Below, one piece after another: positions 24,436 through 38,000 of a stretch of DNA of 64,000 bases. Origin of the DNA: Chiloscyllium plagiosum (lineage: Eukaryota); contig NC_057734.1 in assembly GCF_004010195.1 (NCBI RefSeq), forward strand, positions 43,198,957 through 43,262,956. Direction: 5' to 3'. The position numbers and the translations under genes were made by a program. Under the pieces are notes generated by a model that saw nothing but the letters and a program-made list of their open reading frames with translations, was not told the DNA's origin and ran no database searches. Numbering within the stretch: the stretch's first letter is position 1; each line of letters starts with the position of its first letter.

Positions 24436-25100
24436 ACCCCCATTTTTTATTTTGGCCTAATGAGTGTTTGGCATGCACTTACCCTGTCATTAGGCTAAAT
24501 TTATAAGAAGTTCACATAAGCATTTTTGTTACTTAATGTAGCGTGCATTATCTAAAGACTCAGCCTACAAATCTGAGTTCTTTTGTTTCTTTTTGAGCTC
24601 ATTATTTGCGGTGCTGGATGGTGGAGGGATCATGCTACATAAGTTGCATTTATTCTACAGTTCTCATGTCCAAACGTTTCTCCTGATTCAGCAGAAAAAT
24701 GCATTTATCTTCCATACATTTTACTTCAGGGTTAATTTTTAAAAAGCTCCAGAGCTTGGTTAAGGTAATTTGTTTTGCCTCAATAACGCCAGGTTGAGTT
24801 ATCTCAACCTTTCTTTAGATCAGTGGCCAAAACCTCCCAATCATTCGCCTTGTCTTTTGAACAATTTGATATCTCTTTGTCTTTTAAATGAGCATACAAT
24901 TTTGGGGACATTTTGTGATTTATTTAAGTTACTCTTAATGCTTTTCAAGATTTTCCTGTACTGTAAACTGTACTGTTCATCCTTGTGATGTCCCTTGAGG
25001 TGACACTTCAAGCAAGGCTCATTGATTTTGTGACTATCATCTGCTGAGTTTTGGAAGGATCTTGTTCATCTGATGGCTGTGTCTGTTTCTCACCTGTCAG

Positions 25101-25249
25101 GATAATTGTGGATTTGTTGAAGATGAATGTGGCTCCATTGGCAGTTTTCCAGATGCTGAAAGCCATGTGCGCAGGACACCGAATTACAGAGATGTCTTCA
25201 ACTGAGACGCCATGCACAACAACACAGAGCAATCTCGCAGACACCAGAG
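25101..25249 (+). CDS. MZT2: MOZART2 coding exon 2
   Basis: Acceptor TTTCTCACCTGTCAG|G completes the Lys codon from the previous exon. Encodes IIVDLLKMNVAPLAVFQMLKAMCAG..., the conserved MOZART2 core. Phase-1 donor G|GTGAGA. Confidence 0.95.
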
Positions 25250-26229
25250 GTGAGAAACTAACAGCTGACTGACCAATGGAAGTAATGTCCCAATATCATT
25301 ATCATTACATCTATTTCGTGTATTTTGAGCTTCTAATTTCTCAAATCTTGTTATTCATCCAGAGTTTGTGTGCTGCACAGAGGTGCTGTGTAAAGATTTT
25401 TAAATATTGGAGTTCTCAGTTATTAGCTGCTTTTCTCCAAACATGGACAATTGTATTTCAATTGAAAATACTTTCGCAATTGAAATCTTGAATTTCAAAT
25501 GGGAACTTGTCAACTTAGTATCTAAAGAGCATTTCAAAAAACTTTGTAGATAATCAAAAGTTCAAATCTGATAAGCTCAGTTTCTTGACCATTCTTTAAT
25601 GCAAATGGACCTGGCTCATTGTCATAAATTCCATTTCCCAGTTCTCCAGTTTATTTCTAGGAATGATAAACAGCATAGTGAGATCCTGATCTTGGCCATG
25701 GTTTCAGAGCAAGGATCTTCCATGAAGGGAGGGAGTTTGGTCGGCACTGTTGCAATTTGTCCAAAAACTGATTCACTGCAGGTTTTAAAGGTCAAAATAA
25801 AGCCATTTACAGGAGCCAGGAGCATGCTATCTGCCATCTACTCAACCAGGAATGGTATGCCAAATAAAAAAAAAGAATTTGAGGTGAAATTAATGCAAGT
25901 TGGAAGAAAGCCTTGCTTTTTAAGGACTTGCCACATAGCGTTTCTCAAGGTATTTCAGAATAAAATTAAATGCATACTGAAATCTTGATGTTGAAACAAG
26001 AAACTTCCTCCATTATTTATTTGAATGTTGTCACGAAAATCTGGGGCTGTAGCAAGACAAAAAAGAAACTTGTGTTTAAAAACCTTTGGAAAGAAGAAAG
26101 ATGTCTGTATTAATGTACAGTATAAATTAGAGCAGTAAACCTTCTTACTCTGACTAGCATATCGTAATTTCACATTCAGAAGTGATTGTCCTGTCTCAGT
26201 TACATATTTCTTTTGACTACACAACTCAT

Positions 26230-28400
26230 TGATTTCTGAAGAAAATCTGTTTAGCTCCTCTTCATTTGTTTATGGTGATCTAGCCTCCACAACTCCTGAG
26301 TAGAAAATTTCAACCAGTAACCAACCTCTAACGGAATAAATTCTTTTGCGTCTCAGTTGTAAATATGTTTCCCCTATTTAGAGATTCTCCACTAGCGGAA
26401 ACCTCTTCATAGGATCTACTCTGTCAAGCCTCATACATCTTTGTATGTTCCATTAGATCACCCCTCATTCTTCTAAACTTAAGTAAATAAAGTTTAGCTG
26501 TCTTTGACAATCCTTTCAATCCAGGAATCAGCCTAATGAATCACTTGAGCTAGCTCCAATGCCCGTAAATCCTTTATTAAACATGGGGACAAAAACTACA
26601 CAGTACCGCAGGTGTGGCCTCACCAACACCCTCTATGGTTATAACAAGATACCTATTTTTATATTCTAACCTCTAGTAATAAAAGCCAAATTTTCATTTG
26701 CTTTCTTAATTACTTGTTGCACCTGCATGTTTTTGTTTCATCATATCAACAGTACTCAGATCCCTCTGTGTTATAATTTTTGGACTCTGTCTCTCTTACA
26801 ATTCTTACAATCAAAGTGCATGACCTAACTCTTTCCAGCATTAAAGTCCATCTGCCAGGTTTTTGGCCACCCACTTAACTAACTTCTCTCTCTTTGCAGA
26901 TTCTTTGTCTTCATTGCAACATGCCAGCCCATTTTATTTTGTATTGTTAGCAAATTTGGATGCATTACACTTTCCCTTCTTCCAGGTCATTAACATAGTA
27001 ATTTATTGAGGTTTTAGCACAGACCCTTTGAGATATTCTCCTACTTACAGTTTCCAATCTGAAAAAGACACATTAATCCTGATTCTGTCTTCTATATGTT
27101 AACTAATCTTCAATTGATGCTAGTACTTTACCTTCAATACTGTGAGCTCGTATCTTGTATTATTACCTTTTTATGTTGCATCTTATTGAATGTTTCTGTA
27201 AATCCTAATACATCATATCTTTCGGTTTTCCTTTATCAACTCTGTTTATTTGTTATAGCCTCAAAGAACTCTAAGAAAATTATAAACATGATTCTAGATC
27301 TCCGGCACCACCTCTGAACCCAAATAAGGTTGAAACATTATTGCCAGTGCCCTGAAATTTCTGCTCTCGTTTCCTTCATTACACTTAATGCGTTTCGAAC
27401 TTTAGGTATCAACAGCCAATCCAATATCTAATATCACTTCCATATCAATATTAAACCCAGTTACTGACTGAGTTTCCTCCCCTCTTACCATGGCCTGGTC
27501 AGCATCTGCCTCGTGGGTAGGACAGACTATTAATTTAACTCCTCTTTGTTCATATGTAAGTCCACATTTTGTTCCCTAAATGGCTCTACCTCCTTTTTCC
27601 GCATCCTCTGATGTGCTTATAGAAGACTTTGGGATTTCTGTGTCAACTGTGAATCTTTTTCTCTAATCCTAAGATTTTGAGATGGTGACAGGGCTTGTTA
27701 GGTTAGATGTTGAGAAGATGTTTCCGTTTGTTTGGGAATCTCTAGTTTGGGGACATAGTTTTAAACCAGTGTTCCTTATTTGAACTGAGATACAAATTTC
27801 ACCTTCCAGAACTGGATCTCATTTGCTAAGGCTAGATCACTAATAGCATTTAAAGTGGAGGAATATACATTTTTCAAATGCCAAGAAGTTGAGGGCTACA
27901 ATAATCTGGCATGAAAGCAGAGCTGAAGCACGAGAAGCAGAACAGCTATGATCTTATAGAACGGCAGACAGACTTGATTGGAATGGCTTATTCGTGTTCT
28001 TATTTTTTATGTTCTTAATCCCTTCTCCCTTCTGACTGTCAGTATTCAGTTTGGTTCTCAATTACGTTTACTATGTGCCAACTGCCGTAAACATAGTTTT
28101 TCTTCTTTAATTTCATTTCTATCTCCTTTGATTATCCAGGAAGCTCTGGTTGGTTCTGCCTTTCCATTTTGAAGCTATATATCTTGGCTATGCCTGAACA
28201 ATCTCCTTTATTGAAGGTAGCTAATTGTACAGCTACTCTTTTGCCTACAAACCTTTGTTTCCAGTCTCACGTGACCCAGTTCTATTCTTGGCTTTTTGAA
28301 GTTGGCTCTCCAACTTCTGATTGATCAGAACTCAATTTTATGATGCCAGTGATCATTTGGTTGTCTTTTCTCCCTGCAAAATGTTCACTGAGTAATATTC
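26230..28400 (-). mobile_element. Ancient, highly decayed CR1-group LINE with a plus-strand CR1 tail inserted (~27670-28015)
   Basis: Reverse-complement CR1 hallmarks (TTAGATCACCCCTCATTCTTCTAAAC; CAGGTGTGGCCTCACCAA; CAGCAAATTTGGA-like). Boundaries approximate. Confidence 0.6.
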
Positions 28401-30699
28401 ATGGGCATAAATTACAGTCTGATACCCTGCTAAAGTATGCAGACCTAGGTAAGGAGTTTTGCAGCCAAAGCTGTCTCTGCCCTTTGCTAATATTTACCGA
28501 ATTCACAAACACTTCCCATTAGGGGTGTATTAATAGTGATTGCAAGTAGGAATGATGACTTTTTCTTTATCTAGTTGCGTCCTCTCCCAGCCTGATTTAA
28601 CTAATAATAGCACCCTTGATGCTCCTCTTAGTTAGTTGAATGAACTCAGACTGAGCTTTTAAACCTAGAATCTTCCGATGGCTTAACTACATTTGATTAA
28701 CTTCCGTTTACATAGTTTCAGTATAGGTAGAAACTTGTGACGTGTGGGACAGTTAAAATAGACTATGTGGTCATATGCATGACTGAATAAACAGATTTTG
28801 CGATTGCTGTAGAAGTTTGGAAGGAGTTTGGTAGAAGAATAGAACTGAAGTAGCTAAATGCTCCACCACACATAGTGGAAATGGAGGGAATAATTTACAG
28901 AGTTAGATTGAAGAAAAAAATTGAAGAGTTCACAGATATACAGAACTAAAATTGTTTTGGGAGATGGGGAACCAGCATAGTATAAGTGAGGATCTGATTG
29001 GTGAGCAGGCAAAAATTGTTAGGGTTGTTAGCGGGAAATTGAGTTATTTGGAGTTTGTGTAGCGTATAGGTTGAAAAGGAGTTTCAATAATGCTTGAATT
29101 GAAATTGCATAAGCATTGGGGCACATCAGTAGTGTAGAGGTGACCTTGGCTATGACCAGGAAGTGGGCTTTGGAACTTTGCTTTGAAAAGTTGAGCATAG
29201 AACAGTAAGAGTAAATAGCTTTTGGGAGAGTTCATACTACTTTGGAAGAAAGTCTAACTCATTTGTGATTTTTTATTTCCCACTGATCCTTCAGGGTAAC
29301 TTGCTTTTGGAGCTGTAAAATGTTATTTTCACTCAGGTGACTGCACACTTGTCTCTTGAGTCAGAAGGTTGTGGTTGAGTGACATTTCCTAGGATTGTGC
29401 ACATTAAAACTCTTGCTGTCTATTCCAGTAGTTCTGTTGGGCAAATTGTCCATTGGCACTACTTTTAAGAGTAGGGTGTTTCTCCCTCAGTGTTACCACA
29501 ACAAATATGAACCTCTGATTCATCTTTATTATGGCATTTTGTTGTATTTGTAATGGCAACAGCCTGTGCACCACAGGATAGCTTGTAAGCGTGGCCCATT
29601 GAGATATGTGATATGTTGAGTTTTAAAGTGCAAGTTTATTTCACATTGCATTGTTTGTGTAGTTCTGATGTATCCTACTCTGTGGAGATCAAATATCAGT
29701 ACATATTGATTCCCAGAAATTAAGTAGTTCAGATTTTGAAGAAGTAAGCTGCAACTTCCCATACAAATGCTCTGCCAGTCACTTCAAAATAAGCCTGTCT
29801 TGCCACATCCGCTCTAAAACCTAGGATCCTTCTACTTTGATGCAAAAGGTCTTCCAACGTTACATGTGGATGTGCTGAAAGACCTCTTAGCCTCAAAACA
29901 CCAATGAATGGTTTGCTACAACTGCCATTATAATAATACATGTTTTGAGATATTTGGGCCTATGGATGTTTGGATCATGAACATAACATGGAAACCCTAC
30001 AAATAAAATAGTAAATTGGCATGGGATTTTGAAGAGGACATTTTGGAAGTGAGTTAATTCTTTTTTTCTTCCAGTTCTTTTCTAATCAGGTTATGATTAA
30101 TGTTCCAAAGTTCTGATTTCAGTGAATTTGATGCACTAAAAACGAAACAATCTATCCATCACAAGGAAGAAACATTTGGTAAAGTGCATCTTTTATTCTA
30201 GCTAATTGGCCACATCCTGCATTAAGAGCAATTCTTATTTCAGTCTTAATATCAATTGGGTCGAAGTGGCATTCAACAATATAATTACAAGCTACCCTAC
30301 AGATTCAGTTACCGGTTGTTATACTGTTGCTATTTGTAAAAGCAACTTAGCACTTGGTGACTGGCAGCACAAATGGTGGGAACACCTCTGTAGTCATATT
30401 AATGGGGTTGCTTTTTATTTGTTACATGGTGACTGTTGTGAGGAAATCTCTCAATTTATAATGATGAGATATCATCAACTTGAAACATCATCTTTGCTTC
30501 TTTGATAACAGATGTTGCCTAAATTAATTTCAGCATTTTCTGTTTTTAATTCACAGTGTATAGTGATGGCCTTTAAACCAGTGTTAGAACTTGCTTTGTG
30601 CTTTATTTGCAAATAAAATCTGTTTATAAATTGTTAAAAGGGATTGTTCATTAGGACTAACATAGCAGTGAGGGTTGGGAAAACACCATTTGGAAAGGC

Positions 30700-32075
30700 A
30701 AAGACTGATTAGGGATAGTCAGCATGACTTTGTGTGTGGGAAATCATGTCTCACGAAATTGATTGAATTTTTTCAATAAGTAACAAGAGGATTGATGAGG
30801 GCAGAGCAGTGGATGTGATCTATATGGCCTTCAGTAAGGCATTCTATAAGATTCCTCATGGGAGACTGGTTAGCAAGGTTAGATCTCATGGAATACAGGG
30901 AGAACTAGCTATTTGGAAGAAGAACTGGCTTGATGGTAGAAGATAGACGGTGGTGGGAGAGGGTTGTTTTTCAGACTGGAAGCCTGTGATCCGTGGTGTG
31001 CCACAAGGTTCGATGTTGGGTCCACTACTTTTCATTATTCATATAAATGATTTGGATGTGAACATAGGAGGTATAATTTGTAAGTTTGCAGATTACACCA
31101 AAATTGGAAGTGTAGTGGACTGTGGAGAAGGTTACCTCCAATTAAACAGTTTCTTGATCAGATGGGCCAATGGGCTGAGGAGTGGCAGATGGGGTTTATT
31201 TTCAATAAATGCAAGGTGTTGTATTTTGGAAATGCAAATCAGAGAGCAGGAATTATACACTTCATGGTAAGGTTAATGGGAGTGTTGCTGAACCAAGGAA
31301 CTCTGGAGTGCAGGTTCATAGTTCCTTGAAAGCAGGTAGATAGAATAGTGAAGAGGGCATTTGGTAAGCTTTTCTTTATTGGTCTGAGCATTTAATATAG
31401 GAAGTGGAAGATCATGTTTCGGCTGTACAAGACCTTTGTTTGGCCACTTTTGGAATATTGCGTGCAATTCTGGTCGTCTTCCTATCGGAAGGATGTTGTG
31501 AAACTTGAAAGGGTTTGGAAAAGATTTACAAGGATATTGCCAGGTTTAGAGGATTTCAGCTGAATAGGCTGGGACTGTTTTCCCTGGAGTGTCGGAGGCT
31601 GAGGGGTGACCATATAGAGGTTTATAAAATCATGAGGACCAAAGGTAGGACAGATAATGGTTGTGGGAGTCCAGAACTAGAGGGCATAGGGTTAGGATGA
31701 GAGGGAAAAGGTATAAAAGGGACATTAAGGGACAACTTTTTCACACAGACGGTGGTGAGTGTATAGAATGAGCTGCCAGAGGAAGTGATGGAGACTGGTA
31801 CAATTTACAGTATTTAAAAGGCATCTGAATGAAATAGGAAGGGTTTAGAGGGATATGGCCTCATTCCTGATGAAGAGCACTTGCTCGAAATGTTGATTCT
31901 CCTGCTCCTCGGATGCTGCCTGACCTGCTATGCTTTTCCAGCACCACACTCTCGACTTGCAGGGATATGGGCCAAGTGCTGGCAAATGGGACTCGATTAG
32001 GTCCGGATATGTGGTCGGCATTGTCGAGTTGGACAAAGGATCTGTTTTCGTGCTGTACATTTCTATAACTCTAGG
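30700..32075 (+). mobile_element. CR1/HER1 LINE RT-to-tail segment with a PLE hammerhead insertion (31861-31960)
   Basis: ORF 30950..31270 (GVPQGSMLGPLLFIIHINDLD...KFADYTK). The insertion is flanked by AGGGATATGGCC and AGGGATATGGGCC. Confidence 0.88.
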
Positions 32076-35000
32076 ACTCTCATGCTTGCCAGAGAGAGTG
32101 AGAGACAGAATGTTGAATAGCTGGTCAGCCTTATTTATCAAAGGAGCAGTTACAGAGGCTATGTGTTAATTTCATGTCTATTCATCCTATTGAATAATGT
32201 ACAGTACATGGGTCAATGAGACTTCATGAAATCGATGGAGAAGATGTTGGGTTTAAGATTTTTTTCACCCCCATTTCTCTTTTTTTTTTCCCATTCTCCC
32301 CCCCCCCCCCCCCCCGAAAGCAAATGGTAATTTCCTTTTACCTTTTAAGGTTAAATTAGTGATGATGCCATCAATTGTCTTTAAAAAAGCATCACTAAAA
32401 ATATTCTCATTGGATCTAATCAATTTCATGGAGACTTGAATGAAATCATGCTCTTTATACAATACATGATAAATCCTATAGAGCATTGAGTTTGCAGAAG
32501 GTATTGTTGGTACCAGTGGATGCCACATGCTTCCTCTTGATGCTGCCAGAAACTGGCAAGACAGCAGAAGGGAGGCAGGCAACCAGAGCAATCCCCTCCC
32601 TCCCATGTGGGACGTTCCCTGAATTGCTGCTTCAGTCAGACCATCTATTTGCACAGATAAAATTTTAACTTTAACTTGTCTTGCCAGAACTGTTCTCTTT
32701 CTTTAAAATATAACTTAGTTTATTATCTCCTTGAAGGTCACTCTTGCAATTTTGTTATAATGTTTGGTCGGGTTTTCTCTGCCAGTAGGTCATGTTCACT
32801 TTGCAACAAGATAGTTGCTGTTTATTATTGGAGCCTGTATTTTAAAATGTAGGTCAAAACTTGGCTTTTACTTAAGATCTTGATGACCACACTGAGAAGG
32901 CACATGCAGGTAAATGTCAAGTAAATAGGAAATTGAGCTCAAATGATGATGCCAATGATCAGCTAGCCACCTGAGACTTGACAGTTAGACTTGCATGATT
33001 AACCACTTGGGTTCCTGAGAGCTGCCAGTTTCTATTGGACTGGACCTTATCGCATCTATATCAGCAGAATATATTGGACTGCTTTGTCCTTGTGATATAA
33101 TCTCCATAACCACCTGAGGAAGGAGAAGTGCTCTGAAAGCTAGTGCTTCCAAATAAACCTGTTGGACTATAACCTGGTGTTGTGTGATTTTTAACTTCGT
33201 ACACCCCAGTCCAACACCAGCACCTCCAAATCATAGTCTAAGAATGTACTGAAGGCAAATGTTTTTTAAGATAATTCTTAAAAGTTTATTTTTCTAACCA
33301 ATCTGTTCAGAGATGTTATTACACAACTCTGGTGCAGGTGTAACTTTGAACGCAGGCCTCCCAGTCAAAGGGTAGGGACACTACTACTATACCAGATTTG
33401 TATTGCACAGACCAAGTGGTCTGAACAATAATTCCTGATCATCTTATTGGAGCAGAATGCCACACTAATGGCTCTTAACCTTTTGCTCCACAAATGTGCT
33501 GCTTGAATAAAGATCTTTGACCATCTTTGGATGTTGAAATATGCAGTGATGTGAATCATAGTGAGCAAAGGACCTTCAATTTATTTTTAATTATAATTAT
33601 CAATGTATTTTAACACCTTTTCAGGATGATTACTCCCAACCAGGTTGACTTTTAAAAGCATTAAATCAGTCCTAATTTATTTTAGAAGGTTAACTACATA
33701 ACAGCGTCATCTGTGAAAAGTCAATTCACTGTTTAAAAAAACAGTTTCTGGATTGAGGGCTGTGCTTAGAGCTATTTCATAATGGGGACTTGGCCCTATA
33801 CATTTCGAAAGAACTCATCAAATTCTTGTGAATTTTCCTACCAACTGAGTCTTGCTAATGAGCTATTGAATCCATGTCTTTATGTCCAATCTTTTGATGT
33901 TTTGTGAACATTGGGAGGGGCATTGTAGCTTCTCACTGCTTGTACTAGTCTTTTTTCCTTCCTCATTTTCCTTCACGCCCATTCCCTTCCTTTCTTTGAA
34001 TAGCTTGAGGTAAGACATAAATGTGTTGGACAGTAATGATCTCTTAATAGAGGGCTATAGAGCTACTCAGCATTGAATATGCTTCAACTTTTTTATAAAT
34101 TGGAGAAGAGGTATTATGAAAATTGTATTTTTCTAAAAGAGCGGAGATGATTTACATGTGATGGGAATGCTTTAGTCTATTGTCATCCACACAATATCAT
34201 TAAGTGTATTTTACAACATGACATGCTTTGTTTTAAATTTTACTTGCATAGATCCATTTTAAATACTATCTGTAATGTACTCCCAGAAACCGAACCCCAG
34301 TTATGAGAAATTTGCTATTGTGCAAAAGAAAATGTCAGCGTTGTATAAACTTATTTTGCGTATGTAATATGAAGAGGAAGTCTTCTGTTGGGGTTCCTTT
34401 AAGAAAATAAAATCCTTTTGTTCAATCTATCCATTAGCACATCTGAAATGCTATTGGCTAATTACTAAATATTAATTCTGTTCCTTTACATTATTTATCA
34501 AGTAATTTTCACAGTCAGCTCCCCCATGATATACATAATTAAAAAGCTTCCTAATAAAAAGTGAAAAAGGCAAAATCAAAATGAGGGTACATTAGAAACT
34601 CTCATTGCTTTTTCTTAAAGTGACTTTGATGATGACTCACTCTTTCAATATTGTCATCCGTGGTTATACAACTTAAGTTAAAGCTAAACTGTTTCTTTGA
34701 TAGATCACTTGAGTTCATATCTTTGCAATGGGCTATGTTTCTGTGCCTCTTTCCATCTTGTGTTCCTTTTAATGTGTTTTCATCTCTCTCTTTGAAATAG
34801 AGCATTCGTTTATCTCCGCAAAGAACAGTAAAATCCCAGCACTCTCCTTTTCCTCTGCCCTTCGATCTCCGAGACTAGCCACTAAGATTGTGGTCTACAA
34901 CCCTGCTGATGCTTGCTCACCTCTCTCTCAAGGTCCCCCTGGTTCCTTCCAGTTTTCTTGCTGCCTGTTCTCACCCTTCTCAGGTTGCGTTTATTAGTTT

Positions 35001-38000
35001 ATCTGCTGGGTTCCCGTACAGTCATTGATTGCATTAGGAACTAGATTACAAATTAAAGAATGGAGCAGACTCCTTATACCTTGGGCCAGTATCCAGAATT
35101 AGATTAGTTAACAAAACAGGATAAGAAATTTCTTCTGCCAGACTATTTCCTTTCAATTATACACTTGTGCAATTGACTGATACTAAGCTCTGCAAATTCC
35201 CAAGTCATTTGCTTTATAATTTTCCTAAATTATTAGCATATCACACTTACTTTTTTAATATTATTTCAATTATTTTGCTTAGGTATATCTGTGTATATAT
35301 TTTGTCAAATTCTCTAATTTCTAAAGACATTCTGATGTCTTCAAAATAGAACCAAGAATAGGACAATGGTCCTTAGCAACTTCTTTCAAGTGTGTTTCAG
35401 TGGATGAGCTGAGGCAGAGTGTTCTTGTATGTTGTTTGACTTTGACATGTTCAGCTGGGAGTACTTCATCTAATACAGATCAGGGATTGCATCTACAGTC
35501 ATTCTGGTCTCTATTGCTTAGTATCACACTAAGTACTGTATTTATCCAGTAAACTATTTATTAGCTGGAGTGTAATCTAATCAAGAAAGGAATTTTTAAA
35601 ATATCTTTGAGTGTAAATCATATTGTCAAATTAGTCGGAACATATTACCAATGACCGGCCTAAAATTTAACCCGGTAAATGTTTTGTCTGTGTCTGGGTG
35701 CAGTTTAAAATTTGTTTATCTTAGAATTTAGACGATTCCTTTTGTCCACCTGTATCTATTTTGCATAACTCCAAATCCACTAATGGCCCATGTTTCATGG
35801 TGGCAATGATAGTGAAACCGTTAGTGACCATTGTCATTATTACTCTGCAACTCTCTGCACTCAAATGCAGTGTAATCATATAGAAGTCTCTAAACTGATG
35901 AGAACTTGCACTGTCAGTTTTGAGGTAAAAACCTTTTTTTAAAATAAAAGTTGCACCTTGACAAGTGAGGTGCACCTGAGTTTCTATTGGCAAATGAAGT
36001 TCATAATTAGCCAATGAAAAACTTTTCTGGTCCTGATACCTGATTTGTGTAATTGTATAATGTTAAATTTTTTAAATTATGATTTAAAACAAAACATTTA
36101 AACTTTTAAAAAAAAAAATTCTTTTAAGAAAGTACTTCAATTTAGACCTTAATTCCCATCATTTATCTGGCACAATGTAAAGTTTAATTGAAAATGATGG
36201 ATAACCTATATTTTAATTGTTAGTTTGCTGTCGGAGAGAATACTCTAATATGATTGGCTGCTTTATCTTGATTGAATCCGTAATTGCTAATTGCCTGCAG
36301 ATCCCACTGGCTTCTTGTCAGATTCAAATGAACTGTCAGTTCTTCACTTGCCACATTTGGGTCATGTAACTCTACCAGAACTTCAGTAAATTCTATAAGG
36401 GTAATCATTTGAGGGGCTTGGGCTTGAATATTTTTGTTATGAATGTTACATTTAAGTGATTATGGCTACAGATTGCCAAAATGAATCTGAAAAACTGAAA
36501 TCCAAAATGGAGTATGTTTTCAACAGTTATAATAGGGATTACATTGTCTAACTTAGGTCAGCCTCTGCAAATTAGGACTTGGATGACCAAGGATAATTTG
36601 TATTGATATGTTTGGGAATACTCTGCACGGTAAATTCCAGAAGGTTTTGCTATCTTGATGCATTGCACATTGCAGTGCTCAGATGCCAATGTCTCATTAT
36701 CGTCCACCCTCTTTTCCAATATTCTCTTCTTCAACCTTTTCCCAGCATGTGAATTGTAAAGTGTGCCATATCCCATTTTTGCAGAACACAGCCAGGACCA
36801 TCAATATCTAATATTAAAATTGAAGCATATTTAGTTATGTCTTTAGTTATTTAGGATGCTGTCTCCAGATCATGATTTGAGGTTAAATATTAGGAGTTGT
36901 AAGATGCTTTTTAAAAAGGGAATTTTATGGAAACTGTTGTCATGTTGTACAAAACTGATCCCGTCATATTTTTCAATTCTGTAAGATTCATTAAGGTGAT
37001 GTAATTTGGCCTTTTAAAGTGATCAAGACTTTTTGTTTTCATGTGAAGAGTTTTTAATTTTTTAAATTTTTTTTTCAGTATGTTTAACTTTTTAATAAGT
37101 CAGTGCTCATTATCAGATTTTGTAAATGCTGTATAATTGGATCAATGAGCCTCTTCTATAATAAGAGGTGAACTTTCAAAGCACTCCTATTGGGCCCAGA
37201 TGCAAGGCCAACCCAGTGATGTTAGTCTAGCAACTTTGTGCAGTGCAGCATTTTATTTGGTGAACTCTCATTGGTGGCTAGCATTTACTCTTCCAGTTGA
37301 TCATCTGGTTGCATTATAATAACCTTTTTATTAATATTTGCAGCAAACTATAATAGGTACAATAAAGATGAGAATTTGAAAGGCAGTGTGAGCTCTAAAG
37401 TACAGTCATTCCTACAATTCTGTCCAGGTATAGTTATTGTCGCTTGATTTTTGGCATGTGCTATTAATCTAAATTATTTTGTGAAACAGATACAACTGTT
37501 TCAAATGCAAGGAGTTAAGTCATTGTTTACTGGTAAGCCTGTGAATGATCAGACTAATAGCATGAAGATTTTAATATTCTTAATTGCTTAAATTTTTCAA
37601 GGAGAGTTTTTTAAAGCCACGTTTGGCATTCCATATGTAATCACATTGCCCTAGCTAAGAATAACACCATAAGAAATTTTATTGATTCAGTGCTGAACAT
37701 CAAACTGATTCTATTAGCTGTTAAAGTCCATAACCAAAATAAGAGAGTGTCAGTAGAGCTCACCTACAACTGAATTCTGCTTAGATCTGGTCACAAAGCA
37801 CTAAGGATACACTGTAGCACTGGAGGAACTACAGAAAAGAGCCACAAGCTCAATGTCAGTGATTTAAAACTTGGCCTCGAGGAAGTATCTAATAGGTGGT
37901 CTTATAGATTTATGTTAGATACTTGGGGGCATATCAATTTGGATCACATAAGTAGGGATAATGAAACACCCCTAACAAATCTACTTGGCCTTACCCTCTT

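Noticed and set aside
25599-25988. 129-aa plus-strand ORF or alternative terminal exon after MZT2 coding exon 2
   Set aside because: No recognisable homology; splicing at the nearby TTTCTAG in the MZT2 phase gives a stop within about ten codons, and nothing else supports it.
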